Notes: generated by a model from the sequence alone, not told the origin. Positions 46,193 to 54,704 are shown, counted from the first letter of the stretch. The stretch is DNA of 64,000 bases from an uncultured Dehalococcoidia bacterium (GCA_964637315.1 CAZWTT010000001.1:6939-70938), one strand, 5' to 3'. Program-made: numbers and translations.

Positions 46193-47251
46193 CTATATGG
46201 ATTGAGGTATTAGTACTACCTTGCCGGCTTCGCCGCTGGCGAGCAGGTCCATCGCGTCGCCAATGCCTTCCAACGGCATGCGGTGCGTGACCAGCGGGGA
46301 CAGGTCCACGACGCCGGTCTCCAATAGCAGCCTGGTCTTGTACCAGGTCTCGAAAATACGCCTGCCGTTGAGCGCCAGGACGGTAAGGTTTTTGAAGATC
46401 ATGTCCTCGGCCACGTCGATGAGGACCGGCTTGGACGGTATCCCGAAAAGATTGACGTGGCCTCCTCTACGCACACCTTTGAACGCCCCGTCGATGGCGG
46501 CCGGGGCACCACTCATCTCCAAGACGATGTCCACCCCGTAGCTGTCCGATTGCGACAACCACATGGCCGTCTCCTCCCCCGTCCCCTCCGTGGGCTTGAA
46601 GACCTCGTCCGCCCCCATCTTGCGGGCGAGGGAGAGGCGGTAGTCGTTGACGTCAGATGCCACCACACGGGACGCCCCGGACGCCTTGGCGATGGCGATG
46701 GAAAATAGACCGATCGGACCGCAGCCCAACACGCCGACGCTCTGACCCGTCAGGTCGTTGGCAAGTGTGGAGAACACCGCGTTGCCGAACGGCTCCTGCA
46801 GCGTGGCGATCTCCGGCGGTAGCCGATCCCTGTCGGTATGCCACAGGACCTTCTCCGGCACCGCGATGTACTCGGCGAAACAGCCGTCCCGGTCGACTCC
46901 GAGTATCGACGTCTCAGGGCACATATGGGCCTGGCCGGTGCGGCACTGGAAGCACACCCCGCAGGTAATGTGGCTCTCGGCGGATACGAAGTCGCCGACG
47001 GCGGCGCGCTCAATGCCGGTGCCCGTCTCCACCACCGTACCGGCCAGCTCGTGGCCCAGGGTGATGGGCGGTCGGACACGAGCGGCGCTCCAGTCGTCCC
47101 ACAGCCAGATGTGCAGGTCGGTCCCGCAGATGCTTGCCGCCTCCACCTTGATCAGCACCTCGCCGGTCCCGATGGCCGGGATAGGTACTTCCAATACCTG
47201 GGCCCCCGGGCCTGGGCCCAGCTTGCGCACCGCTCGCATCGTCCCCTTCAT
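46193..47251 (-). CDS. tdh: Zn-dependent L-threonine 3-dehydrogenase
   Basis: …ASICGTDLHIWLWDDWS…ITLGHELAG…, structural Zn CGVCFQCRTGQAHMC, and GCGPIG. Confidence 0.85.
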   Translation of the reverse strand: MKGTMRAVRKLGPGPGAQVLEVPIPAIGTGEVLIKVEAASICGTDLHIWLWDDWSAARVRPPITLGHELAGTVVETGTGIERAAVGDFVSAESHITCGVCFQCRTGQAHMCPETSILGVDRDGCFAEYIAVPEKVLWHTDRDRLPPEIATLQEPFGNAVFSTLANDLTGQSVGVLGCGPIGLFSIAIAKASGASRVVASDVNDYRLSLARKMGADEVFKPTEGTGEETAMWLSQSDSYGVDIVLEMSGAPAAIDGAFKGVRRGGHVNLFGIPSKPVLIDVAEDMIFKNLTVLALNGRRIFETWYKTRLLLETGVVDLSPLVTHRMPLEGIGDAMDLLASGEAGKVVLIPQSI

Positions 47252-47295
47252 CGGCAGTTACAGTCCATTGCTGGTTGCCTTCATGTTTCCCAGCA

Positions 47296-48213
47296 CTACA
47301 AAAGAGCCAGTGGGTTGACCGGCGAGCCCGTGCCGCCCTCGAATACGAGGGGAGCGCACACCAGCATAAAATCATAACGTCCGAGCGCGGCGCACACCCG
47401 GGCCAGCGGCTCGATCAAGGCGTTGTCCACCATCGCCAGACCGTAGGCGTTGATGGCGCCGTGCACGGTCACCGGCAGGTCGTACTGGTTGGGCGCAGCG
47501 TCCTCCATGTCCCACACCAGCAGCCCGACGTCGTTGTCCTTAAAGAACGGCAGCGTCGAGCCGTCCAGGCCGGGGTACGGCTCGCCGATCGGCGCGTAGT
47601 AGCCGCCGTTGGCGGCTGCGTACTGCTCCCTGCCGCAGTGGATGACGACGGCGTCGCCCGGCTCCAGCTCAATCCCCTCGGCGGCCGCGATCTCCGCCAG
47701 TTCCCAGCCGTGCACCGGTGTGTCCATGTCGACATGGACGCCTCCCCGGTGCTTGGGCACGTCCAGCAGCACGCCCCGCGTCACTATCCCGTCGCGCCAC
47801 GCGTCGACACCGCCGAACTTGGCACCGTCGAATGTCAGTGTTGTGTTGGAGTCGTGCCCCTCGAACATGCCGTCGGCGTCCCAGAAGTGGCTCAGGGCGT
47901 CGATGTGAGTGATCACGAATCCGTGCTGGAATACGCCGAGGTGGTCCATAGCCGCGCCCACGTTCTCATCGACGTCGACGGTCTTAATGAACTGCTGCAC
48001 CGGCTGCGGGTTGTCGGGCGCCGGCTCGGTCGGCAGCGGACGACTGAGTGATACCGTCTGCCCCGTCCGCACCAACCCGGCCGCGGCCAGCCGCTTCTCG
48101 GCCGTGATCAGGTTCACCGTCCCGGCGCTCGGGTTGTCCGGCCACCTGCCCCAGTTGCTGCGATCCTTAAGATAGGCGGCGATTTCGTCTCTATGCGGAA
48201 TTCGTCTGTCCAA
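47296..48213 (-). CDS. 'Putative cyclase' family protein (kynurenine-formamidase-like), paralogue B
   Basis: TTG 48213 with GGAGTGGAG upstream gives MDRRIPHRDEIAAYLKDRSNWGRW…, parallel to paralogue A. …THIDALSHFW…. Confidence 0.75.
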   Translation of the reverse strand: MDRRIPHRDEIAAYLKDRSNWGRWPDNPSAGTVNLITAEKRLAAAGLVRTGQTVSLSRPLPTEPAPDNPQPVQQFIKTVDVDENVGAAMDHLGVFQHGFVITHIDALSHFWDADGMFEGHDSNTTLTFDGAKFGGVDAWRDGIVTRGVLLDVPKHRGGVHVDMDTPVHGWELAEIAAAEGIELEPGDAVVIHCGREQYAAANGGYYAPIGEPYPGLDGSTLPFFKDNDVGLLVWDMEDAAPNQYDLPVTVHGAINAYGLAMVDNALIEPLARVCAALGRYDFMLVCAPLVFEGGTGSPVNPLALL

Positions 48214-48326
48214 GTCGTTACTCCACTCCCGTGCGACCCGATCCACTTTATGGAGGGGCTGGCAAGTCACCCTAACAGGCCCACCAAATGATGGTGGGTA
48301 TTCGCCGTCGCAACGACGGCGCAGTT

Positions 48327-49586
48327 CTATGTCATGTCCACCACGAGCGTCGTCCAGCCGAAGCCCTGCGCACCCTGACCGACGCCGGTGTGGGGGTGGT
48401 AGAATTCCCGGAAGCCAGATCGCTCGACTAGCCCCACCGACTTGCGCTCTATTTGTCCGGCTAGGTCTGCGTAGCCGTGTCGCCGGAGTCCGCGGGCGAC
48501 AAACCAGTTGGTGTTGATCCAGCTCGACCCTCGCCATATCAGAGGGTGCTTACCTGCGCCGGGGTTGGCATCGAAGGACGGCTCGGAGACGGCCACGGTG
48601 GGAAGTGGATACTCGGTCCAGAACTCCCCCGGAACGGTGAGATGCCCGTCAACAAGGCCATCGGCAATCTTACCGGGCAGCGACTCCAGCAAAAGCGGAA
48701 AGAGACCCGCCACCGTCAGGACCCGGCTGGTGCGCCGGTCGGCGCCATAGGTGGGGAAGAAGGCTCCGGTCTCCTCGTCGAACAGTGCCCCGACGATCGC
48801 CGTTTCTACCTGTCCGGCAATAGTCGTCCACCTGACCGCGTCCGCTGGACGCCCGGCCTCTGCCGCTATGCGCGACATGGTTCTGATCGCCTCGGCGTAG
48901 ATGCAGTTGACCGCGACGTCCTTCACGTTGAACCTGCCCAGCCGGTAGATGCGGGCGAGGTCGTAGTTGCCCCCGCGCAGCAGGTGAGAGACGTGCAACC
49001 CGGCCACCCGAAGTCGGACCCTCCACCAGCCCGGCCGCCGCCGTCGAATCCCCAACGCTGGATCATAGGTGGGCGTGTTGTCCATGCCCGACTCGAACGG
49101 GCTTATGAGGACGATTAATCCGTCGCCGTCGGGACACCGATTCTCCGCGAGCCACCTATAGTGGGCGGCGAGGCGAGGATAGACGCGGCCGAGAAACTCC
49201 CGATCCCCCGTCAGGTTGAAGACCCGCTCGACGGCCTGTGCCAGCAGCGGCGGATGGATGAGCGCCGAATGGTGAGGGCTCGGGGCCCATTTGCTCTCCA
49301 ATTGCCGCAGGTGGGGGAATCGCGCCGCGCCGCGCCAGTAGATGACGTGGCCCATGAAGCCGTCGGGGTCCTGGGCGGCGAGCAGCGACTCCAGTTCGGA
49401 CCTCGCTAAGTCGGGCTCCACATGAGCGAGGGCGATGGCATGGAAGCACGAATCCCAGTACCACTGCCAAGGGTACTTGTGCAGCGACGGACAGACGTAC
49501 TGGTAGTCGAACCTGAAGTGCGGGTCGTAGCCGTGTTGCACGTTCGACAACAGAAGCTGCCGCGCGTGCCCCCGCAGGTCCGTCAA
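48327..49586 (-). CDS. Six-hairpin glycoside hydrolase (GH63 / MGH1-like)
   Basis: 419 aa; …YPWQWYWDSCFHAIAL…, …DPDGFMGHVIYW…, …IWRGSSWINTNWF… resemble glucosidase/mannosylglycerate-hydrolase-type (alpha/alpha)6 enzymes. Confidence 0.6.
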   Translation of the reverse strand: MTDLRGHARQLLLSNVQHGYDPHFRFDYQYVCPSLHKYPWQWYWDSCFHAIALAHVEPDLARSELESLLAAQDPDGFMGHVIYWRGAARFPHLRQLESKWAPSPHHSALIHPPLLAQAVERVFNLTGDREFLGRVYPRLAAHYRWLAENRCPDGDGLIVLISPFESGMDNTPTYDPALGIRRRRPGWWRVRLRVAGLHVSHLLRGGNYDLARIYRLGRFNVKDVAVNCIYAEAIRTMSRIAAEAGRPADAVRWTTIAGQVETAIVGALFDEETGAFFPTYGADRRTSRVLTVAGLFPLLLESLPGKIADGLVDGHLTVPGEFWTEYPLPTVAVSEPSFDANPGAGKHPLIWRGSSWINTNWFVARGLRRHGYADLAGQIERKSVGLVERSGFREFYHPHTGVGQGAQGFGWTTLVVDMT

Positions 49587-49614
49587 ACTTCCCTGAACCG
49601 TGCTTGGAATCGGA

Positions 49615-50547
49615 CTAGAGGATCGCTACTGGGTTGGCGGGGGAGCCGGTCGCACCGGGGATCACCAGCGGGTTGAGGGTTAGCATGAACTCGTAGCGGC
49701 CCTCTTGTGCACAGGCTCCGGCAAGCGGCTCCAGCAGCGCGTTGTCGAGCAGCGCCAACCCGAAATAAAACAGCGCCGCGTGTACGCTCATCGACAGGCC
49801 GTACTCGTTCGGCCACTGGTCCATCATGTCCCATCCCAGTACCGCCGCGTCCGTCTCACGAATGAACGGCAGGCAGCTGGAGTGCAGCCCGGCCCAGTTG
49901 CCCGGCCACTCGGGATGCCCGGCCCACCGGCCGTCGTTGTCCCGGGCGAAATTTTCTCTTCCCGAGTAAACGAGTACCGCGTCACCCGGGCGAACCGTCA
50001 CACCCTGTGCTTTCGCTGCCTCTTCGAGCTCGTGCCCGTGCACCGGCTCGTCATAGGTAACGTAGGGGACGCACCTGAGCTTGGGAATGTCGAGCAGCAC
50101 CCCCCGGGTCGTAATGCCCTGGGCCCACTCTTCGATGCCGCCGTAGCGGACCCCTTCGCCTTGCACCTCGACCTCGGGGTCGCGTCCGTCCCACATGCCG
50201 TCGGGACCCCACATGTGCCCGAGCCCGTCCACGTGAGTGTGAGAAGTACCGTGGAAGGCGACGCCAACGTAGTCATGGGCCGAGCGCCAGTCGCCGATGA
50301 ACTCGTCGATGGTGTAAGTGAAGCGCTGGGCCGGTTGTTGATTCTCGGCGTTCGGCTCAGTCGCCCACGGCCGACTGAGTGACACTGCCCGTCCGCTGCG
50401 CACCAGTCCGGCGGCCTCCCGCCTTTTTTCATCCGTGATCAGGTTGATCGCCCCGGCCGCTCCACGGTCTCCCCACCTGCCCCAGTTGCTGTTCGCCCGC
50501 AGGTAGGACATTATTTCGTCCCCGCTAGCAAAGATCTTCGAGTCCAA
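49615..50547 (-). CDS. 'Putative cyclase' family protein (kynurenine-formamidase-like), paralogue A
   Basis: TTG 50547 with AAGGGGG upstream. MDSKIFASGDEIMSYLRANSNWGRW…, …THVDGLGHMW…. Confidence 0.8.
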   Translation of the reverse strand: MDSKIFASGDEIMSYLRANSNWGRWGDRGAAGAINLITDEKRREAAGLVRSGRAVSLSRPWATEPNAENQQPAQRFTYTIDEFIGDWRSAHDYVGVAFHGTSHTHVDGLGHMWGPDGMWDGRDPEVEVQGEGVRYGGIEEWAQGITTRGVLLDIPKLRCVPYVTYDEPVHGHELEEAAKAQGVTVRPGDAVLVYSGRENFARDNDGRWAGHPEWPGNWAGLHSSCLPFIRETDAAVLGWDMMDQWPNEYGLSMSVHAALFYFGLALLDNALLEPLAGACAQEGRYEFMLTLNPLVIPGATGSPANPVAIL

Positions 50548-50683
50548 TGTCGTCGCCCCCTTTTGACTCTTTCTAGAGCATCGGGGCGAGGCTACGACCG
50601 GGCGACTGGCCTGTCAAACGGACCGCCGTCAACGCGGGGACTGGCGGGGACTGGTAGAAACGCGAGTTCGGATAAAAGTCCTC

Positions 50684-51062
50684 CTAGGCCCAGTCGAACG
50701 ACGACGCGCACGCCAGTCTCGCCAGGCGGCTGCCCTTGAGTGGGCCCAATGTCGCCTCGTCCGTAAACGGATCCCACTCCGTCCCGGTCCGGGGAAGTCG
50801 CGAGGTAGACGTTGACCTCTCGGGTGTCGGAGTTGACGAAAACGACGACGGGAACATCCACGATCCGGTCGTTGACGATACCGACCTCGGCGACGTCGGC
50901 ATAGCGATAGGCGCGGGAGTTACCGTTGATAGAGACCCCCATCACCAGATCGTTCGGCTCCATACCGATGGCCAAGAAGACGGCTGCGGCCGGTCCGAGT
51001 CGAGCAGAGTCTTCGCGATGCCCTGCGCTCTCAAGAGGTCCGTTCATGGGTATCACATCCAT
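50684..51062 (-). pseudogene. DUF3179-like protein, short and frameshifted
   Basis: …GMEPNDLVMGVSINGNSRAYRY…IVNDRIVDVPVVVF…, then TGTEWDPFTDEATLGPLKGSRL in another frame. The switch is at the C4 run (plus-strand GGGG 50791-50794). Confidence 0.5.
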
Positions 51063-51142
51063 TGGATGATGTACGGTCGAAAAAAGGTATTCAAAATGCC
51101 CGTTTACCGGCGCCGCTGCTCCCCGGGTGGACTAGGGAAGCG

Positions 51143-51151
51143 TGATATAAT
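51143..51151 (+). promoter_or_regulatory. Extended -10 promoter element TGaTATAAT upstream of rpsF
   Basis: Perfect TGnTATAAT, followed by a ~70-nt leader containing the GUUGUC/GACAAC hairpin (51157-51202). Confidence 0.35.
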
Positions 51152-51222
51152 CTGCGGTTGTCACACGGGTGGCAAACTCCCGCATCGGCACCTTTCGACA
51201 ACAAGAGACTAGAGATAGAGAT

Positions 51223-51519
51223 TTGGCATCCGATAAACCCAGAGACTACGAACTCGTCGTGATCCTCAGCCCAGAGGCCTCCGAGGCCGAGATGGACGTG
51301 GCGAACCAGAGCACCGCGAGCTTCATTACAGAGCGTGGCGGCTCGGTTGGCGACACCGATAATTGGGGCTTGCGTCGATTGGCCTACCCCATCAAGAAGT
51401 TCCAAGAGGGCAACTATGCCGTTACGCGGTTCACCCTCGACCCTCAGGGCGCCCACGACCTGGGACATACGCTGGAAACGTCCGAGCAGGTCCTGCGTCA
51501 CCTGATCGTGAAGGTGTGA
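51223..51519 (+). CDS. rpsF: 30S ribosomal protein S6
   Basis: …RDYELVVILSPE…WGLRRLAYPIKK…GNYAV…. TTG 51223 is preferred because GTG 51169 lies inside the leader hairpin. Confidence 0.85.
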   Translation: MASDKPRDYELVVILSPEASEAEMDVANQSTASFITERGGSVGDTDNWGLRRLAYPIKKFQEGNYAVTRFTLDPQGAHDLGHTLETSEQVLRHLIVKV

Positions 51520-51523
51520 GCCG

Positions 51524-51970
51524 GTGAGCATGAACAAGATCCTCGTGATCGGGAACGTCGGCACCGACCCCGAAATGAGGTACACCCCCAACGGCGCCGC
51601 GGTGACCTCCTTCCGCCTTGCCACTAACCGGGTTTATAACACCTCGGATGGGGAGCGACACGAGGAGACTGAGTGGTTCACCATCAGCGCCTGGGGTCGG
51701 CTGGCCGAGCAGTGCAACAACTACGTCACCAAGGGAATGAAGATCTACGCCGAGGGCAGGCTCAAGTCCGACACATGGACCGGCAACGACGGGCAGACTC
51801 GCGTCCGCTTGGATATCAATGCCGACAAGGTCCTGTTCCTCGACCGCGCCGGAGATTCGGGCAGCGGAGAGTTCGGCGGGGCGACGAGAGAGGGCCGTCC
51901 GGCCGGAGATGTGCCCGGCGCGACCCCTGCGACCGAGGGGGCCGACAACCTCGAAGACCTACCTTGGTAA
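51524..51970 (+). CDS. ssb: Single-stranded DNA-binding protein
   Basis: NKILVIGNVGTDPEMRYTPNGAAVTSFRLA…TEWFTISAWGRLAE…, a Gly-rich tail and an acidic C-terminus …LEDLPW. Confidence 0.9.
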   Translation: MSMNKILVIGNVGTDPEMRYTPNGAAVTSFRLATNRVYNTSDGERHEETEWFTISAWGRLAEQCNNYVTKGMKIYAEGRLKSDTWTGNDGQTRVRLDINADKVLFLDRAGDSGSGEFGGATREGRPAGDVPGATPATEGADNLEDLPW

Positions 51971-52063
51971 GATCTGACCGGAGTAGCCCTGAACCGGGAT
52001 TCAACTTACACGGGGCAGTGGCCCGGGCGGCCACGATTACGACAAATACGAGGAGTTGACTAT

Positions 52064-52363
52064 ATGACACAGCAAAGGAGCGGCGGGGGCGGGCGCCGTG
52101 GTGGCGGAGGACGAGGCCGGTTCTACGCTCGCAGGAAGGTGTGCGGCTTCTGTGTGAACAAGGTCAAGCACATCGACTATAAGAACATCGAGGTTCTCAA
52201 GAATTACGTCTCGGACAGGTTTAAGATGGACGCGCGGCGCAAGTCCGGCACCTGCTCGCGGCACCAGCGGATCCTGGCGGGAGCCATCAAACGGGCGCGC
52301 ATCGTCGCGCTGCTCCCGTTCAGCCCGAACCACGCCGGTATGTACGCCTCTCCCCGTCGGTAG
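52064..52363 (+). CDS. rpsR: 30S ribosomal protein S18
   Basis: …RKVCGFCVNKVKHIDYKNIEVLKNYVSDRFKM…RRKSGTCSRHQR…AIKRAR…. Confidence 0.9.
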   Translation: MTQQRSGGGGRRGGGGRGRFYARRKVCGFCVNKVKHIDYKNIEVLKNYVSDRFKMDARRKSGTCSRHQRILAGAIKRARIVALLPFSPNHAGMYASPRR

Positions 52364-52526
52364 TCGGCGAATCGAAACTGCATCCCGACCGAAACTGCAC
52401 CCCAACCAGAACTACTCGGGGTACGTATTATCTCCAGAGACAACCGACCGGGCCAAGACTCCGAGTGGAGTTGAACCCGAACCACCCGTTGCATAGAGGT
52501 GGCCGCGTCCGGGCAGGAGCGTAGGC

Positions 52527-53678
52527 GTGGAAGATAATCCCACCGATAGACACCGCGAAGGGTCGGACTCTCGACGCTCCGGCCTGAGGAACCTCTCCGG
52601 CGATCGCCGCCGGCTGTCCGTGCTGCGGCGCACCAACCAGGCCAGGCAGCGCCTTACGCTCATGGCGATCGGTCTGGCCCTGCTGGTCGTCGCCGGAATC
52701 CTGACCGCTGGTTTTGTCATCGTGTTCGTCCTGCCCCCCATGCAGGCCATCGTTCGCGTCAACGACGTCACCTACTCGCGAGGAGACCTAGTCAATGCGC
52801 TTCGGGCCCAGCAGGCGCAGTCACGGCTGTTCGGTCTGGAATTCCAGGCCAGCCAGGAAATCTTTGACGCGCTACGGCTGTTCGTTGAGGATGAGATACT
52901 GTCGCAGGTTGCGGCCAAGTACGGCATCGTGGTCGAAGAGGAAGAGATCGACCGGCTTATCGAGAGTGACCTGCTAGCCACCGATCTGCACCTCGATCCG
53001 GAGACCATCCGGATCGGATTCGACGAGTTGTACGGTCAGCGTCTTAACGAACTGCAGGTGTCTGAGGCCGACCACCGCAAACTCACCGGCAGGTCCATCC
53101 TCCGAGCCAAGTTTCGCGAGTTTGTGGGGGAGCAGGTTCCCCGCATCGCCGAGCAGGTCCACTACCACCGGATCATGATGACGGTCGGCGCCGAAGTGGA
53201 CATCATGCTGGTCAAACTCAAGGACGGCCTCGCGGAGGCCACTACCCCGGAGGAGCGCCAGGCGGTGTGGTGGGAGATCGTTCGAGAGTTCTCACTGGAC
53301 GACCCCGAGACCGTGCGGATGGGGGGAGACGCCGGCTGGATGCCGTTGGGTTCCACCGATGTCTACGCCGAAACCATCCTCAACCTCGAGATGGGAGAGG
53401 TCAGCGCCCCGATCACCGACTTCGAAAGTCCCAAAGCGGTCCTGTTTTTCATGGTCTCCGAGCGTGACGCCGCACGGGAGTTGTCGCCATCCGACCTTGA
53501 GGACATGAAGTCGCGCGCCCTCCAAAACTGGATCAACGACGAGCGGGACAACCACGACATAGACGCGGCCTTCGACTCCGAAATATACTCGTGGATGCTG
53601 GAGCAACTCCAGCAGACCGCGATTGCCACGCCGACCATCCAGGCCAACCCCTTCGCCAACTCCGGCGGAGGCTTCTAG
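52527..53678 (+). CDS. Membrane-anchored SurA-N / PpiC-type peptidyl-prolyl isomerase
   Basis: Basic N-terminal tail, one TM segment (LMAIGLALLVVAGILTAGFVIVFVL), a chaperone-like helical region and a parvulin-like segment (…HYHRIMM…GGDAGWMPLGS…GEVSAPI…). Confidence 0.7.
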   Translation: MEDNPTDRHREGSDSRRSGLRNLSGDRRRLSVLRRTNQARQRLTLMAIGLALLVVAGILTAGFVIVFVLPPMQAIVRVNDVTYSRGDLVNALRAQQAQSRLFGLEFQASQEIFDALRLFVEDEILSQVAAKYGIVVEEEEIDRLIESDLLATDLHLDPETIRIGFDELYGQRLNELQVSEADHRKLTGRSILRAKFREFVGEQVPRIAEQVHYHRIMMTVGAEVDIMLVKLKDGLAEATTPEERQAVWWEIVREFSLDDPETVRMGGDAGWMPLGSTDVYAETILNLEMGEVSAPITDFESPKAVLFFMVSERDAARELSPSDLEDMKSRALQNWINDERDNHDIDAAFDSEIYSWMLEQLQQTAIATPTIQANPFANSGGGF

Positions 53679-53688
53679 GCGCTGTGAC

Positions 53689-54036
53689 ATGAAGGCCAAA
53701 CTTCTACTGCAAGCGAGGCTGAACCACCTGCAAGAGGGCGCGTGAGACGCTCTCGGGCCTAGGGAGTGACCTCGTCGAGTGCGACCCTTTCTTAAGGAAC
53801 CGTTGACGGGATTCGAGCTGCGGGCGCTGATCGGAGGCCGGCCGGTGCGTGAATTTTTCTCGCTCAAGAGCCCGTCATTCCCCAAGTTGGGGCTCGACCC
53901 CGACGGCCTCACTGAAGCTCAGATGATCGCCTTGATGACCGATGCGCCACGGTTCAAACGGCGGGCGCTGGTTGTCGCGGGCGACCGCGTAATCATGGGC
54001 AATGATGGGACCGCCTTCAAACAGGCCCTCGGATAA
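53689..54036 (+). pseudogene. ArsC/Spx/YffB-family thiol-redox protein: TGA at the first Cys of CxxC plus two compensating frameshifts
   Basis: ATG 53689 is in frame 1. Frame 2 reads FYCKRG[TGA 53720-22]TTCKRARETLSGLGSDLVECD. Frame 1 resumes at 53779 with PFLKEPLTGFELRAL…FKRRALVVAGDRVIMG…. Confidence 0.55.
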
Positions 54037-54095
54037 TAACCGCACCGTTCGGCGCGGTTATTGGTGCCAACTCTGGGCGGCGAACCGCCTACTTT

Positions 54096-54704
54096 CTACT
54101 TTACGGCGTTGCCGTTGACGGAGGGCTCGACCACGGGCTTTTCGGGTTCCTCGACCTGCGCGCCCAGCGCATCGATGCCCCTGCGCACCTGGCCGAGCAT
54201 CTGCGACAGACGCTCCTCGATGCTGAACAGTACCTCGCGAGAGTACTGGTCGGCTCCCTCGCGGCGGACGGCGGCGGTCGCCTCGGCGTCGTCGATCGTG
54301 CGGAAGACCTGCTGCTGCGCCTCTTGGACGATGTCATTGGCCTGCCGGTGGGCTTCGTCCTTGATCTCCTGAGCTTTGATCTCGGCCGACTTGACGATCT
54401 CGGTCTCTGCGACCAGTGACTCATACTCGTTGCGAGCCGCCGTGGTGATGGCCGCGACCTCCTGATTGGCCGACTCTCGCAGGCGTTTGGCCTCGAGATA
54501 CGCCTGGTTGACGATGCTCTCTTTTTGCTTGAGAACCTCTCCGGCCTCCAGCACGTCGTGGGGGACCGACTCCCGAAGATCAGCCGCGATGGCGGTCAGC
54601 TTCCCAGAGTCGACCATCACCTTCTTGCGCATGCCCAGGACCTTTGTCGAGTTCCTGGCAAGCTCGTTCAGCTCGTCGAGAATGTTGTCTATCGCGTGGG
54701 ACAT
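54096..54704 (-). CDS. Coiled-coil protein of unknown function (ATPase-stalk-subunit-like repeats)
   Basis: Ala/Glu/Gln/Lys-rich heptad-like sequence. SD AAGGAGAG precedes ATG 54704. The gene is co-directional with and downstream of coaD. Confidence 0.55.
   Translation of the reverse strand: MSHAIDNILDELNELARNSTKVLGMRKKVMVDSGKLTAIAADLRESVPHDVLEAGEVLKQKESIVNQAYLEAKRLRESANQEVAAITTAARNEYESLVAETEIVKSAEIKAQEIKDEAHRQANDIVQEAQQQVFRTIDDAEATAAVRREGADQYSREVLFSIEERLSQMLGQVRRGIDALGAQVEEPEKPVVEPSVNGNAVK

Noticed and set aside
20074-47251. kbl (20074) and tdh (46193) as a split threonine-degradation operon of special interest.
   Set aside because: The two genes are often unlinked in bacteria, so this is noted only as context for the tdh-containing gene string.
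50592-50700. An in-frame TAG after …SSFDWA in the DUF3179-like gene, followed by …EDFYPNSRFY, as a second lesion or readthrough.
   Set aside because: The similarity of the post-stop sequence to the family C-terminus is too weak for me to distinguish it from a natural stop. I assert only the frameshift at 50791-50794.
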